Source of the DNA: Defluviitaleaceae bacterium
Lineage (GTDB): Bacteria > Bacillota > Clostridia > Lachnospirales > WRAX01
Length of the DNA: 64,000 nt
Direction: 5' to 3'
Assembly: GCA_009785595.1 (NCBI GenBank)
Contig: WQVZ01000001.1
Location: forward strand, 149 to 64,148
Below the pieces are notes generated by a model. That model did no database searches. It saw nothing but the letters and a program-made list of their open reading frames with translations, and was not told the DNA's origin. Made by a program: the position numbers and the translations under genes. Of the stretch, positions 46,078 through 56,026 are shown one piece after another (within the stretch, counting starts at the first letter, position 1; every line of letters starts with the position of its first letter).

Positions 46078-46102
46078 CGGGCGGCAAAATGCCGCCCCTA
46101 CA
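46078..46102 (-). repeat. REP-like hairpin, copy B2
   Basis: The plus strand reads CGGGCGGCAAAATGCCGCCCCTACA, 25/25 identical to 37716-37740. It lies between the DAK2 gene and recG. Confidence 0.85.
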
Positions 46103-46159
46103 CATAATTCGTCATCCCGGACTTGATCCGGGATCCTGTTGCGAGTTTATCTCCCAACC

Positions 46160-47824
46160 TTACTCTGCTGATAAGATATAATAATAAACCGCCTGGCCGC
46201 CGTATGCTATTTCAAATTCGCAGCCGCCGTAATTTTGCACCACAAAGGCTTCTATCTCTGCATTGGCATCCTCGTTGCCTTTGGCTTCTTCACCAATATA
46301 CACCGTCAGCACATCGGGTTCGCTCGCCATCATTTCGGTAACAAGCTTTTTGGCGGTTACGTCCATTTTCTCATGGGTGCACACAATCTTGCCGTTTAAT
46401 ATGCCGATGTAATCCCCTTCGCGCACCTCTTGCCCATCCATGGTGGTGTCACGCACCGCATATGTTACCTGGCCTGTGGCCACCGTATCAAGGGCTTCTG
46501 TCATGGCCTGGGCATTTTCATCCAGGTCGCCTTCGGGCATGTAATTTATAAGGGCAGAAATACCCTGGGGCATAGATTTTGACCCCACTACAGCCACATT
46601 TATGCCCTCGCAAAGATACACCGCTTGCTGGGCTGCCAGCACGATATTTTTGTTATTTGGTAGCACAATTACGTTTTTGGCATTTATCTGTTTTATGCCC
46701 CGGGCAATGTCCTCGGCAGATGGATTCATGGTTTGGCCGCCTTCTATAACATAATCCGCGCCCAGCCCTATAAAAATCTCTCTAAAGCCTTCGCCGGAGG
46801 ACACCGCAACAATACCAAGCTCTTTTTCCTCCACGGCTTGGGCCGCGATGGGGCTTTCTTGGGTAATTTCCTGGTGTTGCGACCGCATGTTGTCAATCTT
46901 TATATTATCCAACGGTCCTATAAGCATGGCTTTTTCCATAACAGCACCGGGATGGTCTGTGTGTATATGCACCTTTACGATCTCATCATCAGCCACCAAG
47001 GCGATGGAGTCTCCCATGGTTTCTAGGTATGCTTTAAACCTTGTCTCTGCCGCCCCGCCAAAGTTTTGGGCGGTAATGAAAAATTCGGTGCAATAACCAA
47101 AGGTGATGTCTTCAGGATTAATAGCCCCAAGGGTAGAAAAATCTGCGGTCACTTCTTGCGATTGAGCAGCATTGGCGTCAACCCGCGGATTTTCTGCGTG
47201 CATACCTTCTATGGCGCCCTGCAAAAAACACAGCAGCCCTTCACCGCCAGAATCCACCACACCGGCTTGCTTAAGCACCGGCAGCATATCCGGGGTTTTT
47301 TGCAACACCACATTGCCTTCGGTAAGTATGTCGTTAAGAAAAGTTTCTATATCTCTGGTTTTTGCGGCATTGGCTTCGGCATATTCCCCCATGCATCGTG
47401 CCACAGTAAGCATTGTGCCCTCCTGCGGACGCATAACGGCCTTGTATGCTGTTATTGATGCACCAACAAAGCCCTGGGCTATGTCAACACATCCCGCCGT
47501 CTTTTTGCCGTCTAAGGCCTTAGAAAAACCCCGAAATAACTGAGAAAATATAACGCCGGAATTACCCCGGCCGCCACGCAGTGCACCAGATGCCGCCGCC
47601 TTGGATACATCAAAAATATCGTCGGTGTCCAGTTTTTCTACCTCGCGGGCAGCGGCCAAAACCGTAAGGGACATGTTTGTACCTGTGTCGCCATCCGGCA
47701 CGGGGTACACATTAAGGGCATCTATGCGCACTTTGTTGGCCGTCAGTTTGTTGGCCCCGGCAATTATCATGGCGCGCAAAGTTCTGCCGTCTATCTTGGT
47801 AATACGCTGCTCGTTAGCCATCAA
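46160..47824 (-). CDS. yloV: DAK2 domain fusion protein YloV
   Basis: 554 aa. N-terminal DAK2 domain (PDGDTGTNM). Conserved yloU-yloV-recG order. Confidence 0.9.
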   Translation of the reverse strand: MMANEQRITKIDGRTLRAMIIAGANKLTANKVRIDALNVYPVPDGDTGTNMSLTVLAAAREVEKLDTDDIFDVSKAAASGALRGGRGNSGVIFSQLFRGFSKALDGKKTAGCVDIAQGFVGASITAYKAVMRPQEGTMLTVARCMGEYAEANAAKTRDIETFLNDILTEGNVVLQKTPDMLPVLKQAGVVDSGGEGLLCFLQGAIEGMHAENPRVDANAAQSQEVTADFSTLGAINPEDITFGYCTEFFITAQNFGGAAETRFKAYLETMGDSIALVADDEIVKVHIHTDHPGAVMEKAMLIGPLDNIKIDNMRSQHQEITQESPIAAQAVEEKELGIVAVSSGEGFREIFIGLGADYVIEGGQTMNPSAEDIARGIKQINAKNVIVLPNNKNIVLAAQQAVYLCEGINVAVVGSKSMPQGISALINYMPEGDLDENAQAMTEALDTVATGQVTYAVRDTTMDGQEVREGDYIGILNGKIVCTHEKMDVTAKKLVTEMMASEPDVLTVYIGEEAKGNEDANAEIEAFVVQNYGGCEFEIAYGGQAVYYYILSAE

Positions 47825-48170
47825 CCCGCATCCCCTCTACAAAAACATTAACACGGCCAATGGCAAGGCCGCAGCTTTCTTCCACCCTATACTTCACCGT
47901 GCTCATGATAGATTCGCAGATAGCAGTGATATTTGTGCCATATTCAACAATAACATGCAGGTCAATATTTATGCTTTTTTCATTTGCGGCCAGTTTTACG
48001 CCTTTGGTTAGGCTTTCAATTTTTAACAGATGCACAATGCCGTCCTTTACACTTTTGGCGGCCATGCCCACAATGCCATAGCACCCAATGGCGGCCATGC
48101 CGGCTATGCGCGCCACAACTTCGTTTTCTATGCGTATAATGCCGTGTGTCGTCTTAATTTTGCAAGACAT
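47814..48170 (-). CDS. yloU: Asp23/Gls24 family envelope stress protein (YloU)
   Basis: ORF-track 47814..48482 trimmed to ATG 48170, 7 nt after GGAGG. IENEVVARIAGMAA...VNVFVEGMRV is typical of Asp23. Confidence 0.88.
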   Translation of the reverse strand: MSCKIKTTHGIIRIENEVVARIAGMAAIGCYGIVGMAAKSVKDGIVHLLKIESLTKGVKLAANEKSINIDLHVIVEYGTNITAICESIMSTVKYRVEESCGLAIGRVNVFVEGMRVDG

Positions 48171-48372
48171 ATCCATTCCTCCCTGTTGCTTAGTTTTTTC
48201 AAAAATTATTGTACCATTATTTTCCGCAGAAAGCAAGGCACGATGAAAAATTTCGGGCAGCCCGTTGTTTTTTGCGCCGTCAAATATTTTTTCTGTACAA
48301 CTCCCCAAAAATTTTGTATAATATTGTTGCAGCTGACCGGTTGCATTGCTCCACGAAAGGACGGAATAGCTT

Positions 48373-49863
48373 TTGACCATGTTTGGGCAGATAATTACCC
48401 TGCTTATGCAGTTCGCCCCATTTATCAATATTTTCTTCGCCGCCGTGGTTATTTTTTCAGAGCGGCGCAACCCCGCCGTCACCTGGGCCTGGCTTATGGT
48501 GGTGCTTTTGATACCCTATATTGGCTTTATTTTATATTTGCTTGTGGGCATAGAAGGCCGCAAGTACCGTACATTTGCCAGCAAGGCCCGCCAAAACCAG
48601 CAAATGCTGCAAGAGGTAGAAAATAAAGACTTTGACGGCCTGGCTTTCGCACGCAACCCCGCCAGAGAAGAAAATATGGCAGCTTTTAAGAAAATGCTGT
48701 CATCCCGCCATATTGCAGACCTTTTGCACCTTAATTTTGCCAGCGGCGGCGGGTATCTTACCCAAAATGATGATGTGGAGTTACTGCTGGATGGCGACAC
48801 CAAGTTTTCCCGCCTGCTTGAGGACATAAAAAACGCCAAAAGCTTTATACACATACAGTACTATATTTTTAGGGGCGATGCCACGGGCCGCAAAATAGTG
48901 GCAGCTTTGGCAGAAAAAGCCCGCCAGGGCGTAGAGGTAAAGCTGCTGATAGACGGCTGCGGCAATTTCCCCATTGCCTATCGTAATTTTAAGTCCCTTA
49001 TAGCCGCCGGCGGCCAACTGGGTGTGTTTTTACCACCACGGTTTTTTCGTATGAATTTTCAAAACCACCGCAAAATATGTGTAATAGACGGTGATGTGGG
49101 TTACATTGGCGGCTTTAATGTAGGGGACGAATATATGGGCCACGTAAAGCGCTTTGGCACCTGGCGAGACATGCACATACGTATCCGAGGCGATGCCGCA
49201 AAGGAAATGGGCCTGCATTTTATAATGGACTGGAATTTTGCCGTGCCCAAGCAAAAAATAGAGATGGACGAGAAATATTTTCCGCTTGTACCAAAAACAG
49301 ATTATGCTAAAAACGGTCATCTTATACAAATAGTTTCCAGCGGTCCCGATACCAAATGGCCCAATGTATACAATGGCATATCTAAAATGATAAACGAAGC
49401 CAACGAAACCATATACATCCAAACCCCGTACTTTGTCCCGGACGAAAATATCTTCGAATCCCTCAAGATAGCGGCCCTGTCCGGCATAGATGTGCGCATT
49501 GTAATACCCGGCAACCCAGACCATTTTTTTGTAAAATGGTGCTCTATGTCATATCTTGGTGACCTTTTACAGGCCGGGGTAAAATGCTATGAATATACCG
49601 AAGGTTTTATACATTCCAAGCTCATCATCATCGACGACTTTGCCACATCCATAGGCACCACCAATATGGACATACGCAGCTTTAAGCTTAATTTCGAGAT
49701 AAACGCCTTTATATACGACCAACACCTTACCCGGCAGTTTAAAGAGCAGTTTAATTACGACCTGGCCGACAGCCGGGAAATTACCATAGAAGAATACGAA
49801 AACCGCAGCATGACGCAAAAAGCAAAGGAGGCATTTAGCCGTTTGCTTTCGCCGTTGTTGTAA
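48373..49863 (+). CDS. cls: cardiolipin synthase
   Basis: 496 aa. Two N-terminal TM segments and two HKD motifs (HRKICVIDG and HSKLIIIDD). Confidence 0.92.
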   Translation: MTMFGQIITLLMQFAPFINIFFAAVVIFSERRNPAVTWAWLMVVLLIPYIGFILYLLVGIEGRKYRTFASKARQNQQMLQEVENKDFDGLAFARNPAREENMAAFKKMLSSRHIADLLHLNFASGGGYLTQNDDVELLLDGDTKFSRLLEDIKNAKSFIHIQYYIFRGDATGRKIVAALAEKARQGVEVKLLIDGCGNFPIAYRNFKSLIAAGGQLGVFLPPRFFRMNFQNHRKICVIDGDVGYIGGFNVGDEYMGHVKRFGTWRDMHIRIRGDAAKEMGLHFIMDWNFAVPKQKIEMDEKYFPLVPKTDYAKNGHLIQIVSSGPDTKWPNVYNGISKMINEANETIYIQTPYFVPDENIFESLKIAALSGIDVRIVIPGNPDHFFVKWCSMSYLGDLLQAGVKCYEYTEGFIHSKLIIIDDFATSIGTTNMDIRSFKLNFEINAFIYDQHLTRQFKEQFNYDLADSREITIEEYENRSMTQKAKEAFSRLLSPLL

Positions 49864-49933
49864 CATTAATATAATTGGACACACGCCGCTCAATGGTGTA
49901 AAATATATCGAATAACGAAAACCTGGAGGAATT

Positions 49934-50434
49934 ATGGCTATTTATGAAAAATGGGTGCAAGGCGCCTACGACAACCAGGGCAATGTGGTTAAAAAAATGT
50001 GGGACACATATCTGCCCCTGGAGCAAAAAATTTACGAAAACATGCTGGCCGCAAAAGACCCTGTTATATCCGGCACCGTGGCCCAGCTAGCCGAAAAACA
50101 CGGCATGACCGCCGAATTTATAGCAGGCTTTTTGGATGGTATTTCCGGCGCCATTGATATTGAAATTGATATGGAAACCCTGGCGGAAGACACCCAAGTA
50201 GACGCCAAGGTGGATTTTGAAGCCCTGTATAAGCAAATGGTAGAGCTTAAAGCCGACCATTTGGCCAATCTGCCCCAGTGGGACAATGTGTACACCCCGG
50301 AAGAGCGCCAGCGTATGTATAAGGAACAAAAAGCCTCCGGCACTGTGGTGCGCGAAGGGGCAAAGGTAGGCCGCAACGACCCTTGCCCCTGCGACAGCGG
50401 CAAAAAATATAAAAAGTGCTGTGGTGCGGCATGA
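49934..50434 (+). CDS. SEC-C metal-binding motif protein
   Basis: 166 aa. C-terminal [24 protein letters not shown] lies upstream. Confidence 0.75.
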   Translation: MAIYEKWVQGAYDNQGNVVKKMWDTYLPLEQKIYENMLAAKDPVISGTVAQLAEKHGMTAEFIAGFLDGISGAIDIEIDMETLAEDTQVDAKVDFEALYKQMVELKADHLANLPQWDNVYTPEERQRMYKEQKASGTVVREGAKVGRNDPCPCDSGKKYKKCCGAA

Positions 50435-51414
50435 GAACCGTCCTAAAACATAGCAGCACCCCTGATGCTATAGAACAAGCCGCCCGTATTATAAAGGACG
50501 GCGGCCTTGTGGCTTTTCCCACCGAAACTGTATACGGCTTGGGGGGCAATGCCCTATGTTCCGCCGCTTGCGCCAAAATATATGCCGCAAAGGGGCGCCC
50601 GTCGGATAATCCCCTAATTTCTCATATTTCTGATGCGGCCCAGCTGGCAGAGCTTGTCAGTCATGTGCCAGCAAAGGCGCAAAAGCTGATAGATGCCTTT
50701 TGGCCGGGACCGCTTACTATAATTTTTCCGTGCAAAAACACGCCTGGGCAAACCATCGGCATACGTATGCCTCAAAACCCCGTGGCCTTAGCACTTATCA
50801 CCCATGCCGGTGTACCCATAGCCGCCCCATCTGCTAACATTTCCGGGCGGCCAAGCCCCACAACAGCCGCCCATGTTTTGACCGACCTAGATGGTAAGGT
50901 GGATATGATTTTAGATGGTGGCATGTGCCAGCACGGGCTGGAATCTACCGTAATTGACTGCACTGTGGAGCCGCCAACCATTTTGCGGCCGGGCTCCGTC
51001 ACCAAAGAGATGATTGAGGCCCACATAGGGCCGGTTAATGTGACAACAGAAGCCGGGGCCGATGAAGCACCAAAAGCCCCCGGCATGAAATATAAACATT
51101 ATGCACCACAGGCCGTGCTTACTGTGGTAAGGGGCCGGGCGGAGGACGTGCGTACGGCCATAACACGACTGGCCAAAGACTCAACCGCCAAAAGTGTGGG
51201 CATTATGGCCACGTCCTCATACGAAGGCTTTACCACACTGCTGATGGGCAATACCACGGAGGAAATAGCTGCCGGTTTGTTTGCCCTGTTGCGCAAATGT
51301 GACGAAATGGGGCTGGCTGAGGTTTTTGTAGAAGGTGTGGACGAGGCCGGTCTGGGCGCAGCCATTATGAACCGACTGGAGAAAGCGGCGGCATATAATA
51401 TTGTGGAGGTGTGA
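50431..51414 (+). CDS. tsaC: L-threonylcarbamoyladenylate synthase (Sua5/YwlC/TsaC)
   Basis: Start set to ATG 50431, overlapping the preceding stop. [15 protein letters not shown] and [11 protein letters not shown] motifs, plus a C-terminal Sua5 domain. Confidence 0.9.
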   Translation: MRTVLKHSSTPDAIEQAARIIKDGGLVAFPTETVYGLGGNALCSAACAKIYAAKGRPSDNPLISHISDAAQLAELVSHVPAKAQKLIDAFWPGPLTIIFPCKNTPGQTIGIRMPQNPVALALITHAGVPIAAPSANISGRPSPTTAAHVLTDLDGKVDMILDGGMCQHGLESTVIDCTVEPPTILRPGSVTKEMIEAHIGPVNVTTEAGADEAPKAPGMKYKHYAPQAVLTVVRGRAEDVRTAITRLAKDSTAKSVGIMATSSYEGFTTLLMGNTTEEIAAGLFALLRKCDEMGLAEVFVEGVDEAGLGAAIMNRLEKAAAYNIVEV

Positions 51415-51420
51415 CGCAAG

Positions 51421-51843
51421 GTGCAAAAAGTGCTTTTTGTTTGCACGGGCAATACCTGCCGCAGCCCCATGGCAGCGGCCATTGCCAATGATGCTTTTAA
51501 AGACCGTGGCATGGCTTTTTGGGCGACATCCTGTGGGGTTTTTGCTGTGGATGGAACCACAGCATCACCCCACGCGTTAATTACAATGTCTGACCGCGGC
51601 CTTGATATCTCTGCCCACAAAGCCAAAATGGTACAGACCGAAGAAGTATCGGCAGCGTATATTATTCTTGCCATGACACGTGGCCATAAAGACCACCTGA
51701 CAGCCCTTTTCCCGGAACATAAGGACAAAATACATGTTATGAATGTGGACGACCCTTTTGGCGGCTCTCGGAAGCTGTATGAAGCCTGTGCGGACCAAAT
51801 GAAGCAGTATATTGAAGCGTTTAACTGGGAGGAATACATATGA
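51421..51843 (+). CDS. ywlE: low-molecular-weight protein arginine/tyrosine phosphatase
   Basis: 140 aa with a GTG start. CX5R motif VCTGNTCRS. Synteny with sua5 and rpiB. Confidence 0.88.
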   Translation: MQKVLFVCTGNTCRSPMAAAIANDAFKDRGMAFWATSCGVFAVDGTTASPHALITMSDRGLDISAHKAKMVQTEEVSAAYIILAMTRGHKDHLTALFPEHKDKIHVMNVDDPFGGSRKLYEACADQMKQYIEAFNWEEYI

Positions 51844-52277
51844 TTGCCTTGGGATGCGACGGCGCAGGCTATGACCTTATGCAGACCGTAAAAGCCCACC
51901 TGGATAAAAGAAATACACCCTATATGTGCTTTGGCGCGGAAAGCAACGGTCCCAGCGATTTTCCCCTGTTTGCCCAACATGTGGCGGCGGCGGTGCTGGA
52001 CGGCCGATGCGACAAAGGCATAGTAATATGCGGCACGGGCATTGGTATTTCCATTGCCGCCAACCGCTTTGGTAGTATACGTTGCGCACTGTGTCACGAC
52101 GTATTTTCCGCAAAAGCCACACGAGAGCATAACAATTCCAATATGCTGGCAATGGGCGGACGGGTTATCGGCCCCGGCCTTGCTTGCGAAATTGTGGACG
52201 CTTGGCTGGATACGCAGTTTTCCCACGCAGAGCGCCACCAACGCCGCATTGATATGATTGAGGTGACAAATGCTTAA
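51840..52277 (+). CDS. rpiB: ribose-5-phosphate isomerase B
   Basis: 145 aa. IALGCDGAGYDL...ICGTGIGISIAANR. Confidence 0.93.
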   Translation: MIALGCDGAGYDLMQTVKAHLDKRNTPYMCFGAESNGPSDFPLFAQHVAAAVLDGRCDKGIVICGTGIGISIAANRFGSIRCALCHDVFSAKATREHNNSNMLAMGGRVIGPGLACEIVDAWLDTQFSHAERHQRRIDMIEVTNA

Positions 52278-53346
52278 CGACTATATAGAACACTATTGGC
52301 TGCTGTACGTCATCATTTTCGGCGTCGGTTTCGGCATTGCCCTGTTTTTGACGCCCTGGTCCAGGGTGATAAGCATCGCCCTTGGGGCCGTGGCAAAGCC
52401 ATCCCCACGTGGTATGCACAAAAAACCCATACCGCGCATGGGCGGCCTGGCTATTGTACTGGGCTTTATGGCCGCTATGGTTGTTGCCCTGTTTTTTATG
52501 GAAGAACTGCGCACCCTGCAATTTGCCGGCTTCATCGTGGGCGGCATAATCATCGTCGGTCTGGGTATGTTAGATGATATTTACGAGCTTAAAGCCGGCA
52601 TAAAATTTGCCGTACAAATTGTAGCGGCCCTGGTTGTGGTTTTTACCGACACCCGTATCATCTTTGTGGGTTGGCCCCTTCAGGAAGTTTTTACTACATT
52701 TTCCATACCCATCACCATTTTGTGGATCGTGGGCATCATCAACGCACTTAACCTTATTGATGGCGTAGACGGCCTAGCAGCAGGCGTGACGTCTATTGCG
52801 GCACTGTTTCTCACCGTATTATGCATCATGACAGGCAGCCCCCTGGCTGTGGTGTTTGCGGCGGCTCTGGCCGGATCCTGCCTGGGCTTTTTGCCTCGCA
52901 ACTTTAGCCCGGCGGATGTGATAATGGGAGACACCGGCTCTACTTTCCTGGGTTATGTGCTTGCAGTATCCAGTATTATCGGCGTATACAAAAGCTATGC
53001 CGCGCTGTCGGTGGTTATTGTGGTCTTTGCCTTGGCCCTGCCCATACTGGACACAGTTTTTGTGTCCATACGCCGGGTGTTAAGCGGCAAAGCCCCATGG
53101 CGGCCGGATAGGGGCCATTTGCACCACAAACTTATAGACAGAGGCTATTCTCAAAAACAAACAGTGGTAATACTGTATATTGTCAGCATAATTGCCGGTG
53201 GCATCGCCATACTTATTGCCGTACAAGACATTCGTGCCGTCATTATTGGCCTGGTGCTTATGCTGGTGCTGTTTTCCATAATTTATGCCTATAGAAAGAG
53301 GGTGGGCGACCGTGACAAATCAGGTAAATCAGACGAATCAGAATAA
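52270..53346 (+). CDS. glycosyltransferase family 4 (MraY/WecA/TagO-like undecaprenyl-phosphate sugar-phosphate transferase)
   Basis: 358 aa with ~10 TM segments. MLDDIYELK, NLIDGVDGLA and MGDTGS motifs. Confidence 0.88.
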   Translation: MLNDYIEHYWLLYVIIFGVGFGIALFLTPWSRVISIALGAVAKPSPRGMHKKPIPRMGGLAIVLGFMAAMVVALFFMEELRTLQFAGFIVGGIIIVGLGMLDDIYELKAGIKFAVQIVAALVVVFTDTRIIFVGWPLQEVFTTFSIPITILWIVGIINALNLIDGVDGLAAGVTSIAALFLTVLCIMTGSPLAVVFAAALAGSCLGFLPRNFSPADVIMGDTGSTFLGYVLAVSSIIGVYKSYAALSVVIVVFALALPILDTVFVSIRRVLSGKAPWRPDRGHLHHKLIDRGYSQKQTVVILYIVSIIAGGIAILIAVQDIRAVIIGLVLMLVLFSIIYAYRKRVGDRDKSGKSDESE

Positions 53347-54088
53347 ATTCAACCTAAACTTCCGCGTGGGTCTAAACAGTCTGCTGCCAGACAACACCAT
53401 GGCCCTGCCCGGACTGATGGACTATGTGCAAGAAGTCAGTTATTTTCACACGCATTCCATAGACGGCTTGTTTGAATATTACGACCGCATGAACCTTGTA
53501 TGGGTGCTTACCCACTGGCATGTGGAGGTGGCCCGCCAACCCCGTGTGGGCGAGCATATAAACATATCCACATGGCCGGTACAGTTTAAAGGATATTTTG
53601 GCGAACGGGGCTTTGCGGCCACGGATAGTGCTGGCGAAACCATATTGCGCGCCAATTCCAATTGGCTTATGCTGGACCGAAATGTCTTAAAGCCTGCACG
53701 AGCATCAGAAGAACTTATTGCAAAATACGGCCCACCGTACCCTTTTCCAATAGAGAAAAACTTCGCCCTGCCTAAGCCGGACGGCTTTGCGACACTATCC
53801 ACCCACAAATACACTCCCACACGTAGGGATATCGACACCAATAACCATGTAAATAATGTAAGATATCTGGAATGGGTTTGCTGCCACATCCCCGATGATA
53901 TATATCACAACTACCGGGCACAATCCCTAAAGGTGGCCTATAAAAAAGAAACCCTGCTGGGAGATGATCTGGAAATTAAGCTGATGCGGCGGGATTGCGG
54001 CCATGATGGCATAGAAATTTTGGCCATTATCGAGAAAAATGGCCAAACTGCCACGGAAGTTTATACCAAATGGCAGAGCATACAATAA
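53312..54088 (+). CDS. acyl-ACP thioesterase
   Basis: Double hot-dog pattern (LVWVLTHWHVEV...TNNHVNNVRYLEW). The start is uncertain: GTG 53312 behind GAGGGTGGG, or ATG 53285. It overlaps the preceding gene. Confidence 0.8.
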   Translation: MTNQVNQTNQNKFNLNFRVGLNSLLPDNTMALPGLMDYVQEVSYFHTHSIDGLFEYYDRMNLVWVLTHWHVEVARQPRVGEHINISTWPVQFKGYFGERGFAATDSAGETILRANSNWLMLDRNVLKPARASEELIAKYGPPYPFPIEKNFALPKPDGFATLSTHKYTPTRRDIDTNNHVNNVRYLEWVCCHIPDDIYHNYRAQSLKVAYKKETLLGDDLEIKLMRRDCGHDGIEILAIIEKNGQTATEVYTKWQSIQ

Positions 54089-54104
54089 ATATACTATTAA
54101 TCCA

Positions 54105-54136
54105 CGGGGCGCGCACTATGCGCCCCGATATTTTTT
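54105..54136 (+). terminator. intrinsic terminator
   Basis: CGGGGCGC gcactat GCGCCCCG followed by ATATTTTTT. Confidence 0.7.
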
Positions 54137-54214
54137 ACGACAAAACAAATTTGTTGTAATCCCCACAGTTTTTTGGTAAAATAAACACTGATTACTCAAC
54201 ACGAGAGGACAAAT

Positions 54215-56014
54215 ATGCAAAACATACGTAATTTTTCGATAATTGCCCATATTGACCACGGCAAGTCTACCCTGGCGGATAGGCTTATACAAAATTCCGG
54301 CCTGCTGACAGAGCGTGAAATGCAGGACCAAGTGCTGGACAATATGGATTTGGAGCGGGAGAGGGGCATAACCATTAAGGCCCAGGCGGTGCGACTGATA
54401 TATAGGGCCAAAGACGGGCAGGAGTACGTCCTTAACCTTATAGACACTCCCGGCCATGTAGATTTTAATTATGAGGTAAGCCGGTCGCTGGCCGCCTGCG
54501 AAGGGGCCATACTGGTGGTGGATGCCGCCCAGGGGGTGGAAGCCCAAACTCTGGCCAATGTGTATTTGGCCATTGACGAGGGACTGGAAATCGTACCCGT
54601 AATCAATAAAATAGATCTGCCTGCCGCCGACCCACCGCGAGTTATTAAGCAAATAGAGGACATCATTGGCATTGTGGCCAGTGATGCACCCCTTATATCC
54701 GCAAAAACCGGCGTGGGCATAGAGGATGTTTTTGAAAAAATAATCAAAGACGTACCTCCCCCCAGCGGTGATGCAAACGGCACCCTACGGGCACTTATTT
54801 TTGACAGTCTTTTTGATTCGTACAAGGGCGTTATTGTTTTTGTACGGGTTTTTGACGGCGTGCTTAAAAAAGGCGAAAAAATACGCTTTGTGGGCAGTGC
54901 CAAGGACTATGAAGTGGTGGAAGTGGGTATGTTTGCCCCGGGTAATTTTATACCCACAGACCAATTGACCACCGGCGAAGTTGGGTACTTTACCGCATCA
55001 ATTAAAAATGTTGCGGACACACTGCCGGGGGACACCGTTACCACGACGCATAACCCTACCGACAGACCCTTTCCGGGATATAAAAAAGCCACACCTATGG
55101 TGTTTTCGTCTATTTTTCCGGCTGACCGTTCACGATATACAGACTTGCGGGATGCCCTGGATAAATTGGTACTTAACGATGCATCACTCTTCTTCGAGCC
55201 CGTAACATCCGTGGCCTTGGGTTTTGGTTTTAACTGCGGCTTTTTGGGGCTTTTGCATCTGGAAATTATCCAAGAACGGCTGGAGCGTGAATATAATCTG
55301 GACTTGGTTTGCACAGCACCTTCGGTTGTTTACAAAATATACACCACAGATGGCCAGAACAAGGAGATCTCTAATCCCGCGGATTTTCCCGACCCTACAT
55401 TGATAGTGAAAATGGAGGAGCCCATTGTAAAGGCAGAAATTATACTGCCCAGCGGCTATATCGGGGCCATAATGGAAATTTGCCAGGGGCGCCGGGGCGT
55501 TTTCGTGTCTATGGATTATATCGAGGCCGACCGGGCCCGCCTGATATACGAAATGCCCCTTAATGAGATTATCTACGACTTTTTTGACGCCCTAAAGTCC
55601 CGCAGCCAGGGTTATGCCTCTTTTGATTATGAGCTGACAGGCTACAAAGAAAGCGCATTGGTGAAGCTGGACACATATATTAACAGGGAGGTTGTGGATG
55701 CCCTGTCCTTTATCGTCCACAAAGACTCCGCCATAGAGCGCGGCCGCAAGATTGTAGAAAAACTTAAAAAAGAGGTGCCCCGCCACCAGTTTGAAATACC
55801 CATACAAGCCGGCGTGGGTAGCAAAATTGTGGCCCGCGAAACCGTATCAGCCCTGCGCAAGGACGTACTTTCCAGATGCTACGGCGGTGATGTCACCCGT
55901 AAAAAAAAGTTGCTGGAAAAGCAAAAAGAGGGCAAGAAGCGCATGCGGCAAATTGGCAGTGTAGAGCTGCCGCAATCGGCGTTCCTATCTGTACTAAAGC
56001 TGGATGAAGACTAA
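54215..56014 (+). CDS. lepA: translation elongation factor 4 (LepA)
   Basis: 599 aa. [11 protein letters not shown] and DTPGHVDF, with the LepA-specific C-terminal domain. Confidence 0.96.
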   Translation: MQNIRNFSIIAHIDHGKSTLADRLIQNSGLLTEREMQDQVLDNMDLERERGITIKAQAVRLIYRAKDGQEYVLNLIDTPGHVDFNYEVSRSLAACEGAILVVDAAQGVEAQTLANVYLAIDEGLEIVPVINKIDLPAADPPRVIKQIEDIIGIVASDAPLISAKTGVGIEDVFEKIIKDVPPPSGDANGTLRALIFDSLFDSYKGVIVFVRVFDGVLKKGEKIRFVGSAKDYEVVEVGMFAPGNFIPTDQLTTGEVGYFTASIKNVADTLPGDTVTTTHNPTDRPFPGYKKATPMVFSSIFPADRSRYTDLRDALDKLVLNDASLFFEPVTSVALGFGFNCGFLGLLHLEIIQERLEREYNLDLVCTAPSVVYKIYTTDGQNKEISNPADFPDPTLIVKMEEPIVKAEIILPSGYIGAIMEICQGRRGVFVSMDYIEADRARLIYEMPLNEIIYDFFDALKSRSQGYASFDYELTGYKESALVKLDTYINREVVDALSFIVHKDSAIERGRKIVEKLKKEVPRHQFEIPIQAGVGSKIVARETVSALRKDVLSRCYGGDVTRKKKLLEKQKEGKKRMRQIGSVELPQSAFLSVLKLDED

Positions 56015-56026
56015 TCGCTTCGCATG

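Noticed and set aside
51099-52241. A 380-aa ORF on the minus strand.
   Set aside because: It lies entirely antisense to three well-recognised plus-strand genes (tsaC, ywlE, rpiB). Its sequence is Ala/Ser/Cys-rich with no motif. The same reasoning rejects 56165..57166(-) antisense to hemW, 19926..20897(+) antisense to prfA/prmC, 13289..14071(-) antisense to the EF-G paralog, 25209..25979(-) antisense to the amidase, 10907..11563(+) antisense to aroA, and the many shorter shadow ORFs in the track.
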